Source of the DNA: Mobula hypostoma
Taxonomy: Eukaryota
Length of the DNA: 64,000 nucleotides
Direction: 5' to 3'
Assembly: GCF_963921235.1 (NCBI RefSeq)
Contig: NC_086097.1
Span: 202,060,001-202,124,000, forward strand
Part shown: piece after piece, positions 13,206 through 25,207 of the stretch
Position numbering within the stretch: the first letter of the stretch is position 1
Layout: each line of letters begins with the position of its first letter
Notes under the pieces: model-generated
Databases searched by the model: none
Told to the model about the DNA's origin: nothing
What the model saw: the letters and a program-made list of their open reading frames with translations, nothing else
Translations under genes and position numbers: made by a program

Positions 13206-14973
13206 TTTCAAAGGGTGCTGTGTGGTTAGGAGAGAAAGCTGCAGGTGATGTTCTCATGTACCTTGGGAACAATACCCACAACAAATGAAAGATGATGAAA
13301 TTAAATTTTGTTATTAACATGGACATTTGTTGAATCAGAGGCTGGTACATGTACTATAAAATAGAGGGCAAGCAATGCCTTTAGCCACCATACATTACCA
13401 CCTCAACTTTAGGAGAAGTAACATCTTCAAATTGTTCTGATACATGACATGATTAGGCTTAGAAGGAGACTTGAAATTGAGTAAAGCTTATGTCTAGACG
13501 GCATCAGAACAGAGCTGTGTCAAGACCAAACCAAAATCACTGAAGATTTAAGAGGAATAAATATGGCAGAATGGTTATCTGGTAATTCTGAAGTCTGGGC
13601 AAATAAATTGAAAATACAGTTTCAATTTGCATCATGTCAGTATGGGAATTTAAATCCAGTTACTTAAATCTAATATAAAAATCCACTTCCAGTCATGATG
13701 GCCATGAAGCTGCGAGATTTTCCAAAAAGCCTATATTAATCCCCAATTTCCTTAAACCTAATGCAGATGGGTGGACAGATGCCCAAGAAGTGCTCCTGGT
13801 GGTGCATGTGCTTGTTGCTTACCCTCCACCCACCCCATTCTTCACTTATTGACATCATTCGTACTGAAAAATAGAACCAGGTTTCAGCATAAGTTTGAGG
13901 ATCAAGATCTTTATGAAGTTGGGATCCATCGTTTCAGAAACTTACAAAGATCGGACGTCAGCAAAGCCAATTAAAAATAAATTTCTTTTGATGATTTTTC
14001 TAATGTTTATAATTAATAGCTTTCAATAAAAGGTCATCTAAGTGCAACATTAATTGCTTCTCTTCCACAAACACTATCTGAATTGCTGTATATTTCCAGA
14101 TCTTTCATTTTATTTGATGTCCAATAACCAAATTTCTTGGTTTCACGTTTTTCTGACTGGCACAGTTTTGTTGAAAGTTTCCAAACAGTATTTGAACACA
14201 TTATGACATATTTGATACCGACAAGTTTCAAACACCTAGGCAGACAAATATCCCTTACCTAACATTAGATCAGTATAGATTTAAAGTATTGCAACACAAT
14301 ACTATCTTTCATTAAAATCTACCTGCAGGTCACAGTCCAAAATCAATTGTTAATATTTCATACCCATATTATTTTGTTATTTTCAACACAAAATTGGATA
14401 GCTAATTCGAGTGACACATCTCAAGATAATTTGTCAATTTTCCACACAGAAATAAAATGTGCAGTAGCAGGTTTTGTGGATTTCTAAAGACACTACACAT
14501 AATTTTTATTACTACAATAATAAAAATGTGAAATACCAGAAATTCTCAAGCGTGCAGACAGCAGTTAACATTTCACATTAGGCTTCTTCCATGGTGAAAA
14601 AGGCTAGCAATAAAACAATTTTTAAGTTATAAAGAAAGAAGAACAGGGCAAAGAGTACAAAAGGTAAAGTCTCTGATAGGACAGGAATAATGAGAAATTA
14701 ATAAGACAAGTGTAGATGGTGCTAGCTGAGAGGAGGTTTTGGTAAAAGTTAGTAACAAAATAATTAACTAGTAATTCAGAAATTATTAGAGAGGGGGGAA
14801 TGAATACAGGGAAGCTGAACACCAATACGAAATAGAGAAAAGAATACTGTAACTGGTTATGAAAAGCAAAATAAGTTAAAAGGCACTGAAATCTAGAAAG
14901 GAAAATAGACAAAAAAATGAATGTAGCTGTGCTTAATAACAAAATACAGAATAGTACATGGTAACATGGAAAT

Positions 14974-15273
14974 GTTTTAGCATGTGGCCAAGTGGTTAAG
15001 GCGCTCGTCTAGTGATTTGAAGGTCGCTAGTTCGGGCCTTGGCTGAGGCAGCGTGTGTGTCCTTGAGCAAGGCACTTAACCACACATTGCTCTGCGACGA
15101 CACCGGTGCCAAGCTGTATGGGTCCTAATGCCCTTCCCTTGGACAACATCGGTGGTGTGGAGGGGAGACTTGCAGCATGGGCAACTGCTGGTCTTCCATA
15201 CAACCTTGCCCAGGCCTGAGCCCTGGAAACCTTCCAAGGCGCAAATCCATGGTCTCATGACACTAACGATGCC
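14974..15273 (+). mobile_element. tRNA-derived CORE-like SINE, copy 2
   Basis: Homologous to 4988-5303. TSD TAA(C/T)ATGGAAA at 14962 and 15276. Confidence 0.9.
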
Positions 15274-15286
15274 TATAATATGGAAA

Positions 15287-17309
15287 CAACAGGAATTCTG
15301 CAGATGCTGGAAATTCAAGCAACATACATCAAAGTTGCTGGTGAACGCAGCAGGCCAAGCAGCATCTATAGGAAGAGGTGCAGTCGACGTTTCAGGCCAA
15401 GACCCTTCGTCAGGACTAACTGAAGGAAGAGTGAGTAAGGGATTTGAAAGCTGGAGGGGGAGGGGGAGATGCAAAATGATATGAGAAGACAGGAGGGGGA
15501 GGGATAGAGCCGAGAGCTGGACAGGTGATAGGCAAAAGGGGATACGAGAGGATCATGGGACAGGAGGTCCGGGAAGAAAGACAAGGGGGGGGGTGACCCA
15601 GAGGATGGGCAAGAGGTATATTCAGAGGGACAGAGGGAGAAAAAGGAGAGTGAGAGAAAGAATGTGTGCATAAAAATGAGTAACAGATGGGGTACGAGGG
15701 GGAGGTGGGGCCTTAGCGGAAGTTAGAGAAGTCAATGTTCATGCCATCAGGTTGGAGGCTACCCAGACGGAATATAAGGTGTTGTTCCTCCAACCTGAGT
15801 GTGGCTTCATCTTTACAGTAGAGGAGGCCGTGGATAGACATGTCAGAATGGGAATGGGATGTGGAATTAAAATGTGTGGCCACTGGGAGATCCTGCTTTC
15901 TCTGGCGGACAGAGCGTAGATGTTCAGCAAAGCAGTCTCCCAGTCTGCGTCGGGTCTCACCAATATATAAAAGGCCACATCGGGAGCACCGGACACAGTA
16001 TATCACCCCAGTCGACTCACAGGTGAAGTGATGCCTCACCTGGAAGGACTGTTTGGGGCCCTGAATGGTGGTAAGGGAGGAAGTGTAAGGATATGTGTAG
16101 CACTTGTTCCGCTTACATGGATAAGTGCCAGGAGGGAGATCAGTGGGGAGGGATGGGGGGGACGAATGGACAAGGGAGTTGTGTAGGGAGCGATCCCTGC
16201 GGAATGCAGAGAGGGGGGGGAGGGAAAGATGTGCTTAGTGGTGGGATCCCGTTGGAGGTGGCGGAAGTTATGGAGAATAATATGTTGGACCCGGAGGCTG
16301 GTGGGGTGGTAGGTGAGGACCAGGGGAACCCTATTCCTAGTGGGGTGGTGGGAGGATGGAGTGAGAGCAGATGTACGTGAAATGGGGGAGATGCGTTTAA
16401 GAGCAGAGTTGATAGTGGAGGAAGGGAAGCCCCTTTCTTTAAAAAATGAAGACATCTCCCTCGTCCTAGAATGAAAAGCCTCATCCTGAGAGCAGATGCG
16501 GCGGAGACGGAGGAATTGCGAGAAGGGGATGGCGTTTTTGCAAGAGACAGGGTGAGAAGAGGAATAGTCCAGATAGCTGTGAGAGTCAGTAGGCTTATAG
16601 TAGACATCAGTGGATAAGCTGTCTCCAGAGACAGAGACAGAAAGATCTAGAAAGGGGAGGGAGGTGTCGGAAATGGACCAGGTAAACTTGAGGGTAGTGT
16701 GAAAGTTGGAGGCAAAGTTAATAAAGTCAACGAGTTCTGCATGCGTGCAGGAAGCAGCGCCAATGCAGTCGTCGATGTAGCGAAGGAAAAGTGGGGGACA
16801 GATACCAGAATAGGCACGGAACATAGATTGTTCCACAAACCCAACAAAAAGGCAGGCATAGCTAGGACCCATACGGGTGCCCATAGCTACACCTTTAGTT
16901 TGGAGGAAATGGGAGGAGCCAAAGGAGAAATTATTAAGAGTAAGGACTAATTCCGCTAGACGGAGCAGAGTGGTGGTAGAGGGGAACTGATTAGGTCTGG
17001 AATCCAAAAAGAAGCGTAGAGCTTTGAGACCTTCCTGATGGGGGATGGAAGTATATAAGGACTGGACATCCATGTTGAAAATAAAGCGGTGGGGGCCAGG
17101 GAACTTAAAATCATCGAAAAGTTTAAGAGCGTGAGAAGTGTCACGAACATACGTCGGAAGGGATTGAACAAGGGGTGATAAAACAGTGTCGAGGTATGCA
17201 GAAACGAGTTCGGTGGGGCAGGAGCAAGCTGAGACAATAGGTCGGCCAGGACAGGCAGGTTTGTGGATCTTGGGTAGGAGGTAGAAACGGGAAGTGCGGG
17301 GTGTGGGAA
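15287..17309 (-). mobile_element. Penelope-like element (Neptune type), copy 1, 5'-truncated
   Basis: RT motifs GVAMG and RYIDD (16036-17073); GIY-YIG domain GVIYC..LLYIGET (15713-16039); a frameshift in a homopolymer run. TSD CTATAATATGGAAA (15273-15286, 17310-17323). Confidence 0.95.
15381..15418 (-). ncRNA. Minimal type I hammerhead ribozyme in the PLE 3' terminal region
   Basis: Reads TAGTC-CTGACGA-A-GGGTC-TT-GGCCT-GAAA-CGTC-GACTG: conserved core, stems I and II, palindromic ACGT stem III. Confidence 0.85.
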
Positions 17310-18027
17310 CTATAATATGGAAATTTAGTTACTGCTGAAATCTTTCAATGAGGGACAGGAAGAGTAGCTTAATATTCACAGTTTTTATACAAGGACAAGG
17401 AAGAGGAATTTTTAAAAAAGTGGAAGCACTATTGCCTACATACTCAATCACAGCTCTGTAAAGAAATGACAGGTTAGAAGGAGGTATGGGTTGAACAACA
17501 AAAAAAAGGCCAACCTCCTTTCGTAATAATCTCCAAATACTCTGAGAAAGAACAAAAATTTTGGGACATTTCTGGAACATTCAAAAGCACAAGAGCAATA
17601 AGATTAGGGATTTCATTAATGCCAGAACTCACTGCAATATAGACACTGTGAAAGCTATGAAGGACACAGAATTCCTAATGTTCATTCAGGAGAACTTTTT
17701 AGCCAGTACATAGTGAGCCTAATAAAAGCTTGTGACAATGGTGGGAGCAGGTGAGAATTGACAAATTCTGGATTTAATTTTCGGGAAAGATAGGCAAGGG
17801 GAAGGAGTATAGGTGGGACACCATATCTATGACAAAGATCATGATTCAGCGAGATTTACCATCATTACAGAAAAGGACAAAGATAAAATAGATTCTATAT
17901 GGGTAATGTCAATATTAGAGGACTATGAAGTGATTTATCAAATGTGAACTGGAAACAGCTACTTGAGCTTTAATCAGTGGAATATAAATGGGATGTACTC
18001 AAGAAGGAGATTCAGGGAGTTTAGAGA

Positions 18028-18450
18028 GTATGGATCATGATCAGAGATTAAGGGAGCTAGGGTTTTACTCTCTGGAGAGAAGGAGGATGAGAGGAGACAT
18101 GATAGAGGTATACAAGATATTAAGAAGAACAGATAGAGAGGACAGCCAGTGCCTCTTCCCCAGGGCACCACTGCTCAATACAAGAGGACATGGCTTTAAG
18201 GTAAGGGGTGGGAAGTTCAAGGGGGACATTAGAGGAAGGTTTTTCACTCAGAGAGTGGTTGGTGCATGGAATGCACTGCCTTAGTCAGTGGTGGAGGCAG
18301 ATACACTAGCGAAATTTAAGAGACTACTAGACAGGTACAGTATATGGAGGAATTTAAGGTGGAGGGTTCTATGGAAGGCAGGGTTTGAGAGTCGGCATAA
18401 CATTGTGGGCTGAAGAGCCTGTACTGTGCTGTACTACTCTACATTCTATT
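18028..18450 (+). mobile_element. CR1 3' fragment
   Basis: RLRELGFYSLERRRMRGDMIEVYKI...FFTQRVVGAWNALP, followed by a 3' tail. Confidence 0.9.
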
Positions 18451-18666
18451 AAAACTTACAGGGTCAATATGTTCCCACAAATAAAAAATGTAGCAATCTA
18501 GATCTAGAGCTCCAGAGAAGATGAAATGAGAAGACAATTAAATCAGACAAACAAAAAGGCACTGAGAAGTTCAGAAAGTCTATGGAAAAGATAAATTAAA
18601 AGAGAAACTAAGAAATTGAAGTAAGAGAATGAAACTATTCAGGGGAACAAAATTAAAAGTACCCAA

Positions 18667-21252
18667 GCAACATACAAAGTTGCTGGTGAACGCAGCAGGC
18701 CAAGCAGCATCTATAGGAAGAGGTGCAGTCGACGTTTCAAGCCGAGACCCTTCATCAGGACTAACTGAAGGAAGAGTGAGTAAGGGATTTGAAAGTTGGA
18801 GGGGGAGGGGGAGATCCAAAATGATAGGAGAAGACAGGAGGGGGAGGGATAGAGCCGAGAGCTGGACAGGTGATAGGCAAAAGGGGATACGAGAGGATCA
18901 TGGGACAGGAGGTCCGGGAAGAAAGACAAGGGGGGGGGTGACCCAGAGGATGGGCAAGAGGTATATTCAGAGGGACAGAGGGAGAAAAAGGAGAGTGAGA
19001 GAAAGAATGTGTGCATAAAAATGAGTAACAGATGGGGTACGAGGGGGAGGTGGGGCCTTAGCGGAAGTTAGAGAAGTCGATGTTCATGCCATCAGGTTGG
19101 AGGCTACCCAGATGGAATATAAGGTGTTGTTCCTGCAACCTGAGTGTGGCTTCATCTCCACAGTAGAGGAGGCCGTGGACAGACATGTCAGAATGGGAAT
19201 GGGATGTGGAATTAAAATGTGTGGCCACTGGGAGATCCTGCTTTCTCTGGCGGACAGAGCGTAGATGTTCAGCAAAGCGGTCTCCCAGTCTGCGTCGGGT
19301 CTCACCAATATTTAAAAGGCCACATCGGGAGCACCGTACGCAGTATATCACCCCAGTCGACTCACAGGTGAAGTGATGCCTCACCTGGAAGGACTGTTTG
19401 GGGCCCTGAATGGTGGTAAGGGAGGAAGTGTAAGGGCATGTGTAGCACTTGTTCCGCTTACACGGATAAGTGCCAGGAGGGAGATCAGTGGGGAGGGATG
19501 GGGGGGACGAATGGACAAGGGAGTTGTGTAGGGAGCGATCCCTGCGGAGTGCAGAGAGAGGGGGGGAGGGAAAGATGTGCTTAGTGGTGGGATCCCGTTG
19601 GAGGTGGCGGAAGTTATGGAGAATAATATGTTGGACCCGGAGGCTGGTGGGGTGGTAGGCGAGGACCAGGGGAACCCTATTCCTTGTGGGGTGGTGGGAG
19701 GATGGAGTGAGAGCAGATGTATGTGAAATGGGGGAGATACGTTTAAGAGCAGAGTTGATAGTGGAGGAAGGGAAGCCCCTTTCTTTAAAAAATGAAGACA
19801 TCTCCCTCGTCCTAGAATGAAAAGCCTCATCCTGAGAGCAGATGCGGCAGAGACGGAGGAATTGCGAGAAGGGGATGGCGTTTTTGCAAGAGACAGGGTG
19901 AGAAGAGGAATAGTCCAGATAGCTGTGAGAGTCAGTAGGCTTATAGTAGACATCAGTGAATAAGCTGTCTCCAGAGACAGAAAGATCTAGAAAGGGGAGG
20001 GAGGTGTCAGAAATGGACCAGGTAAACTTGAGGGCAGGGTGAAAGTTGGAGGTAAAGTTAATAAAGTCAACGAGTTCTGCATGCGTGCAGGAAGCAGCGC
20101 CAATGCAGTCGTCGATGTAGCGAAGGAAAAGTGGGGGACAGATACCAGAATAGGCACGGAACATAGATTGTTCCACAAACCCAACAAAAAGGCAGGCATA
20201 GCTAGGACCCATACGGGTGCCCATAGCTACACCTTTAGTTTGGAGGAAATGGGAGGAGCCAAAGGAGAAATTATTAAGAGTAAGGACTAATTCCGCTAGA
20301 CGGAGCAGAGTGGTGGTAGAGGGGAACTGATTAGGTCTGGAATCCAAAAAGAAGCGTAGAGCTTTGAGACCTTCCTGATGGGGGATGGAAGTATATAAGG
20401 ACTGGACATCCATGTTGAAAATAAAGCGGTGGGGGCCAGGGAACTTAAAATCATCGAAAAGTTTAAGAGCGTGAGAAGTGTCACGAACATAGGTCGGAAG
20501 GGATTGAACAAGGGGTGATAAAACAGTGTCGAGGTATGCAGAAATGAGTTCGGTGGGGCAGGAGCAAGCTGAGACAATAGGTCGGCCAGGACAGGCAGGT
20601 TTGTGGATCTTGGGTAGGAGGTAGAAACGGGAAGTGCGGGGTGTGGGAACTATAAGGTTGGTAGCAGTGGATGGGAGATCCCCTGAGCGGATAAAGTCGG
20701 TGATGGTGTGGGAGACAATGGCCTGGTGCTCCTTAGTGGGGTCACGATCGAGGGGTAAATAAGAGGAGGTATCCGCGAGTTGTCGCTGTGCCTCGGCAAG
20801 GTAGAGGTCAGTACGCCAGACTACAACAGCACCCCCCTTATCGGCGGGTTTAATAATGTTAGGATTAGTGCGGAGCGAGTGGAGAGCAGAGCGTTCCGAA
20901 GGAGTGAGGTTGGAATGGGGACAAGGTACGGTGAAGTCGAGACGGTTGATGTCCCGTCGGCAGTTAGCAATAAAGAGATCCAGAGCAGGCAGAAGACCAG
21001 AGCGGGGTGTCCATGAAGAAGAGGAGGGTTGAAGACGGGAGAAGGGGTCATCGGTGGGGGTGGAAGAGTCCTTGCCGAAGAAGTAGGCTCGGAGACGGAG
21101 ACGGCGGAAGAAAAGTTCCGCATCGTGGCGAACACGGAACTCGCTGAGGTGTGGGCGAAGGGGGACAAACGTGAGGCCCTTACTGAGAACAGAGCGCTCT
21201 GCCTCCGACAGTTGAAGGTCGGAGGGGATGGTAAAGACCCGGCACGGATGAG
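18667..21252 (-). mobile_element. Penelope-like element (Neptune type), copy 2, the longest
   Basis: TSD AGTACCCAA (18658-18666, 21253-21261). RT, Cys-rich linker (CKRNKCYTC) and GIY-YIG in one frame. Confidence 0.95.
18726..18763 (-). ncRNA. Minimal hammerhead ribozyme, copy 2
   Basis: TAGTCCTGATGAAGGGTCTCGGCTTGAAACGTCGACTG. Confidence 0.8.
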
Positions 21253-21253
21253 A
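19058..21253 (-). CDS. PLE RT-GIY-YIG polyprotein, 5'-truncated, no stop over ~731 codons
   Basis: Manual translation upstream of the track ORF (20413) stays open through SKGLTF, PADKGGAVVVW, LPKIHK and GRPIVS into MDVQSLYT, YIDD and the endonuclease. No start codon is retained; YIG reads NIG in this copy. Confidence 0.85.
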   Translation of the reverse strand, partial: SHPCRVFTIPSDLQLSEAERSVLSKGLTFVPLRPHLSEFRVRHDAELFFRRLRLRAYFFGKDSSTPTDDPFSRLQPSSSSWTPRSGLLPALDLFIANCRRDINRLDFTVPCPHSNLTPSERSALHSLRTNPNIIKPADKGGAVVVWRTDLYLAEAQRQLADTSSYLPLDRDPTKEHQAIVSHTITDFIRSGDLPSTATNLIVPTPRTSRFYLLPKIHKPACPGRPIVSACSCPTELISAYLDTVLSPLVQSLPTYVRDTSHALKLFDDFKFPGPHRFIFNMDVQSLYTSIPHQEGLKALRFFLDSRPNQFPSTTTLLRLAELVLTLNNFSFGSSHFLQTKGVAMGTRMGPSYACLFVGFVEQSMFRAYSGICPPLFLRYIDDCIGAASCTHAELVDFINFTSNFHPALKFTWSISDTSLPFLDLSVSGDSLFTDVYYKPTDSHSYLDYSSSHPVSCKNAIPFSQFLRLCRICSQDEAFHSRTREMSSFFKERGFPSSTINSALKRISPISHTSALTPSSHHPTRNRVPLVLAYHPTSLRVQHIILHNFRHLQRDPTTKHIFPSPPLSALRRDRSLHNSLVHSSPPSLPTDLPPGTYPCKRNKCYTCPYTSSLTTIQGPKQSFQVRHHFTCESTGVIYCVRCSRCGLLNIGETRRRLGDRFAEHLRSVRQRKQDLPVATHFNSTSHSHSDMSVHGLLYCGDEATLRLQEQHLIFHLGSLQPDGMNIDFSNFR

Positions 21254-21689
21254 GTACCCAATATTGTTTTATAATTACATAATGATCAAGAATATAACTC
21301 ACACAAATGTGTGATCATATGAAAGTGGAGGATGTGGGGAAAATCCTGAATGACTACTGGCCTCACAGTGTGTTGTATACAAAGCTAAGCAGGGATTTAA
21401 ACACCTTCTTAAAAATCAGCTGAGCTGGAAGCTTTTTTTCAGAGTTTTTAATGAGAAAACTTTTGAAAAGATATTTCTGTTTTAAGGGCAAATAAAGAGT
21501 GGGTGGAGATGAATGTCTTTCCACTGTGTTTGCTCCAAGTTGGAATCCAAATTAATCCGCACAGGAAAAGATGTAAAACAAAACAACTTACGAATAAGAA
21601 GAGATGTTTGTACAAAACAAATTGCATACAAAATGAACAATGCCTCTAGAGGTGGAATAACCACCTTCAGAAAAGGACAACATTTTTAA

Positions 21690-22520
21690 GACCATATGAA
21701 ATAGGAACAGGACTGGTCCAGTCAGCCTCTCAACCCTCCTCCAGCATTCAATAGGTTTGCAGATGATCCAATGTTCAAGTTCACTTTAACAGTAATTCCT
21801 TTACTGCTTAGAAATCTACATTAGCCTAAGTCTACATAAGGATTCTGCCCCCACATAGGGTCAAATTTGTGGGAAGGAGTTCCAAGGATTCACAACCATC
21901 AGAGAGAGTAAAATCTCCTTACCTCAGTCCTAAATGGGCACCCCCAAGTTCCAACCTATTTATAGGGCAACCCCTCCCTCCTCAGGATCATCCCTGGAAA
22001 AGAGCACAGTTGACATTTTGGGCCAAACTGGTCCTCAGCATTTTGTGTGCACCTGCAGATTTTCTCGTTTGTTCAGGATCATCCCTGTCAGCTTTCTCTG
22101 ATTCACCTCCAATGAAATACTATCGCTCTGTAAATAGGGAGACCAGGGGCCGAAACAGTTCACAGTACTCCAGATCTGGTTTTACTAATGCTTGACTTTA
22201 CAACATTTTAATCCATCCCCTTAAAATAAAAGCCACCATTGCATTAGCCTTCTCTATTACCTGCTGTACTTGTGGCTTGGTTTCCGTGTTACACACTCAA
22301 GGGTCATATATCCTTTAATGCCACAGCTTTCTGCAGTTTTTCTTGATTTAAATAACAATCTATTCTTCTGTTCTTCCAAAATGAACAATCTTTTATTTTT
22401 GTACATTATATTCCATTTGTAACTTTCTTGCCCACTCATTTAGCCTAACAATATATAACCTAACAATCTGTGTGAACTGCTTATACCTTCCTTGCAACTT
22501 GCCTTCCCACTTATTTTAAT
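21690..22520 (-). mobile_element. Degenerate CR1 3' fragment
   Basis: Reverse complement of CR1 RT C-terminal and 3' sequence (cacagtactccagatctggt...tgcattagcc). Confidence 0.6.
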
Positions 22521-22659
22521 GTTGTGGTTATTGTGTTTATGCAGGAAGAGATGTTAATATCAGATGACATAAACAATGAAAGAAGTGTTGACTGAATTAG
22601 CATCTTCAAAAGTAAGCAAATGACTGAGACAGTAAAAATCTGTAACGCCAGTAAGAAAC

Positions 22660-23458
22660 GGTAGGAAACTTTGTCACATGGTGTGAGCAGAATTATCTGG
22701 AGCTTAATGTGAAAAAGACTAAGGAGCTGGTGGTAGACCTGAGGAGAGCTAAGGTACCGGTGACCCCTGTTTCCATCCAGGGGGTCAGTGTGGACATGGT
22801 GGAGGATTACAAATACCTGGGGATACGAATTGACAATAAACTGGACTGGTCAAAGAACACTGAGGCTGTCCACAAGAAGGGGTCAGAGCCGTCTCTATTT
22901 CCTGAGGAGACTGAGGTCCTTTAACATCTACTGGACGATGCTGAGGATGTTCTACGAGTCTGTGGTGGCCAGTGCTATCATGTTTGCTATTGTGTGCTGG
23001 GGCAGCAGGCTGAGGGTAGCAGACACCAACAGACTCAACAAACTCATTCGTAAGGCCAGTGATGTTGTGGGGATGGAACTGGACTCTCTGACAGTGGTGT
23101 CTGAAAAGAGGATGCTGTCCAAGTTGCATGCCATCTTGGACAATGTCTCCCATCCACTACATAATGTACTGGGTAGGCACAGGCGTACATTCAGCCAGAG
23201 ACTCATTCCACTGAGATGCAACACAGAGCGTCATAGGAAGTCATTCCTGCCTGTGGCCATCAAACTTTACAACTCCTCCCTTGGAGGGTCAGACACCCTG
23301 AGCCAATAGGCTGGTCCTGGGACTTATTTCATAATTTACTGGCATAATTTACATATTACTATTTAACTATTTATGGTTTTATTACTATTTATTATTTATG
23401 GTGCAACTGTAACGAAAACCAATTTCCCCCGGGATCAATAAAGTATGACTATGACTAA
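22660..23458 (+). mobile_element. Rex1/Babar-type LINE 3' fragment, relatively young
   Basis: LNVKKTKELVVDLRR, YKYLG and RLYFLRRLRSFNI, then AATAAA and an (ATGACT)n tail. Confidence 0.85.
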
Positions 23459-23622
23459 TCTATCCCAGGTTGTGCAAAAGATTGAGGAAGAAAAATGTAG
23501 AGGCTTTGAATGTACCCTGACTATAGGAGTGATACCAGAGGATTGGAAGACTGTTGATATTGTATCATTGTTTAAGAAGGAATACAAAAAAGTAATTACA
23601 GAATAGCCAGTTTAAACAAAAT

Positions 23623-25207
23623 CATCAAAGTTACTGGTGAACGCAGCAGGCCAGGCAGCATCTGTAGGAAGAGGTACAGTCGACGTTTCAGGCCAAGACC
23701 CTTCGTCAGGACTAACTGAAGGAAGAGTTAGTAAGAGATTTGAAAGTGGGAGGGGGAGGGGGAGATCCAAAATGATAGGAGAAGACAGGAGGGGGAGGGA
23801 TAGAGCCGAGAGCTGGACAGGTGATTGGCAAAAGGGGATACGAGAGGATCATGGGACAGGAGGTCCGGGAAGAAAGACAAGGGGGGGGGGACCCAGAGGA
23901 TGGGCAAGGGGTATAGTCAGAGGGACAGAGGGAGAAAAAGGAGAGCGAGAGAAAGAATGTGTGTATAAAAATAAATAACTGATGGGGTACGAGGGGGAGA
24001 TGGGGCATTAACGGAAGTTTGAGAAGTCAATGTTCATGCCATCAGGTTGGAAGCTACCCAGACGGAATATAAGGTGTTGTTCCTCCAACCTGAGTGTGGT
24101 TTCATCTTTACAGTAGAGGAGGCCGTGGATAGACATGTCAGAATGGGAATGGGATGTGGAATTAAAATGTGTGGCCACTGGGAGATCCTGCTTTCTCTGG
24201 TGGACAGAGCGTAGATGTTCAGCAAAGCGGTCTCCCAGTCTGCGTCGGGTCTCGCCAATATATAGAAGGCCACATCGGGAGCACCGGACACAGTATATCA
24301 CCCCAGTCGACTCACAGGTGAAGTGATGCCTCACCTGGAAGGACTGTCTGGGGCCCTGAATGGTGGTAAGGGAGGAAGTGTAAGGGCATGTGTAGCACTT
24401 GTTCCACTTACAAGGATAAATGCCAGGAGGGAGATCAGTGGGGAGGGATGGGGGGGACGAATGGACAAGGGAGTCGCGTAGGGAGCGATCCCTGCGGAAA
24501 GCGGGGGGGGGGAGGGAAAGATGTGCTTAGTGGTGGGATCCCTTTGGAGGTGGCGGAAGTTACGGAGAATAATATGTTGGGCCCGGAGGCTGGTGGGATA
24601 GTAGGTGAGGACCAGGGGAACCCTATTCCTAGTGCGGTGGCGGGAGGATGGAGTCAGAGCAGATATGTGTGAAATGGGGGAGATGCGTTTGAGAGCAGAG
24701 TTGATGGTGGAGGAAGGGAAGCCCCTTTCTTTAAAAAAGGAGGACATCTCCCTCGTCCTGGAGTGAAAAGCCTCATCCTGAGAGCAGATGCGGCGGAGAC
24801 GGAGGAATTGTGAGAAGTGGATGGCATTTTTGCAAGAGACAGGGTGAGAAGAGGAATAGTCCAGATAGCTGTGAGAGTCAGTAAGCTTGTAGTAGACATC
24901 AGTGGATAAGCTGTCTCCAGAGATAGAGACAGAAAGATCAAGAAAGGGGAGGGAGGTGTCGGAAATGGACCAGGTAAACTTGAGGGCAGGGTGAAAGTTG
25001 GAGGCAAAGTTAATAAAGTCAACGAGCTCAGCATGCGTGCAGGAAGCAGCGCCAATGCAGTCGTCGATGTCGCGAAGAAAAAGTGGGGGACAGATACCAG
25101 AATAGGTACGGAACATAGATTGTTCCAACAAAAAGGCAGGCATAGCTAGGACCCATACGGGTACCCATAGCTACACCTTTAGTTTGGAGGAAGTGGGAGG
25201 AGCCAAA
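23623..25207 (-). mobile_element. Penelope-like element copy 3, 5'-truncated
   Basis: RT (DIDD variant) and GIY-YIG ORFs. TSD TAAACAAAAT (23613-23622, 25208-25217). Confidence 0.95.
23677..23714 (-). ncRNA. Minimal hammerhead ribozyme, copy 3
   Basis: TAGTCCTGACGAAGGGTCTTGGCCTGAAACGTCGACTG. Confidence 0.85.

Noticed and set aside
14978..15050. tRNA genes (also at 5230-5300, 53690-53760 and 57530-57598)
   Set aside because: A/B boxes are followed by SINE bodies and flanked by TSDs; acceptor stems are not intact.
15287..21252. Tandem segmental duplication or misassembly of PLE copies 1 and 2
   Set aside because: They have different TSDs, different end points and unrelated flanks.
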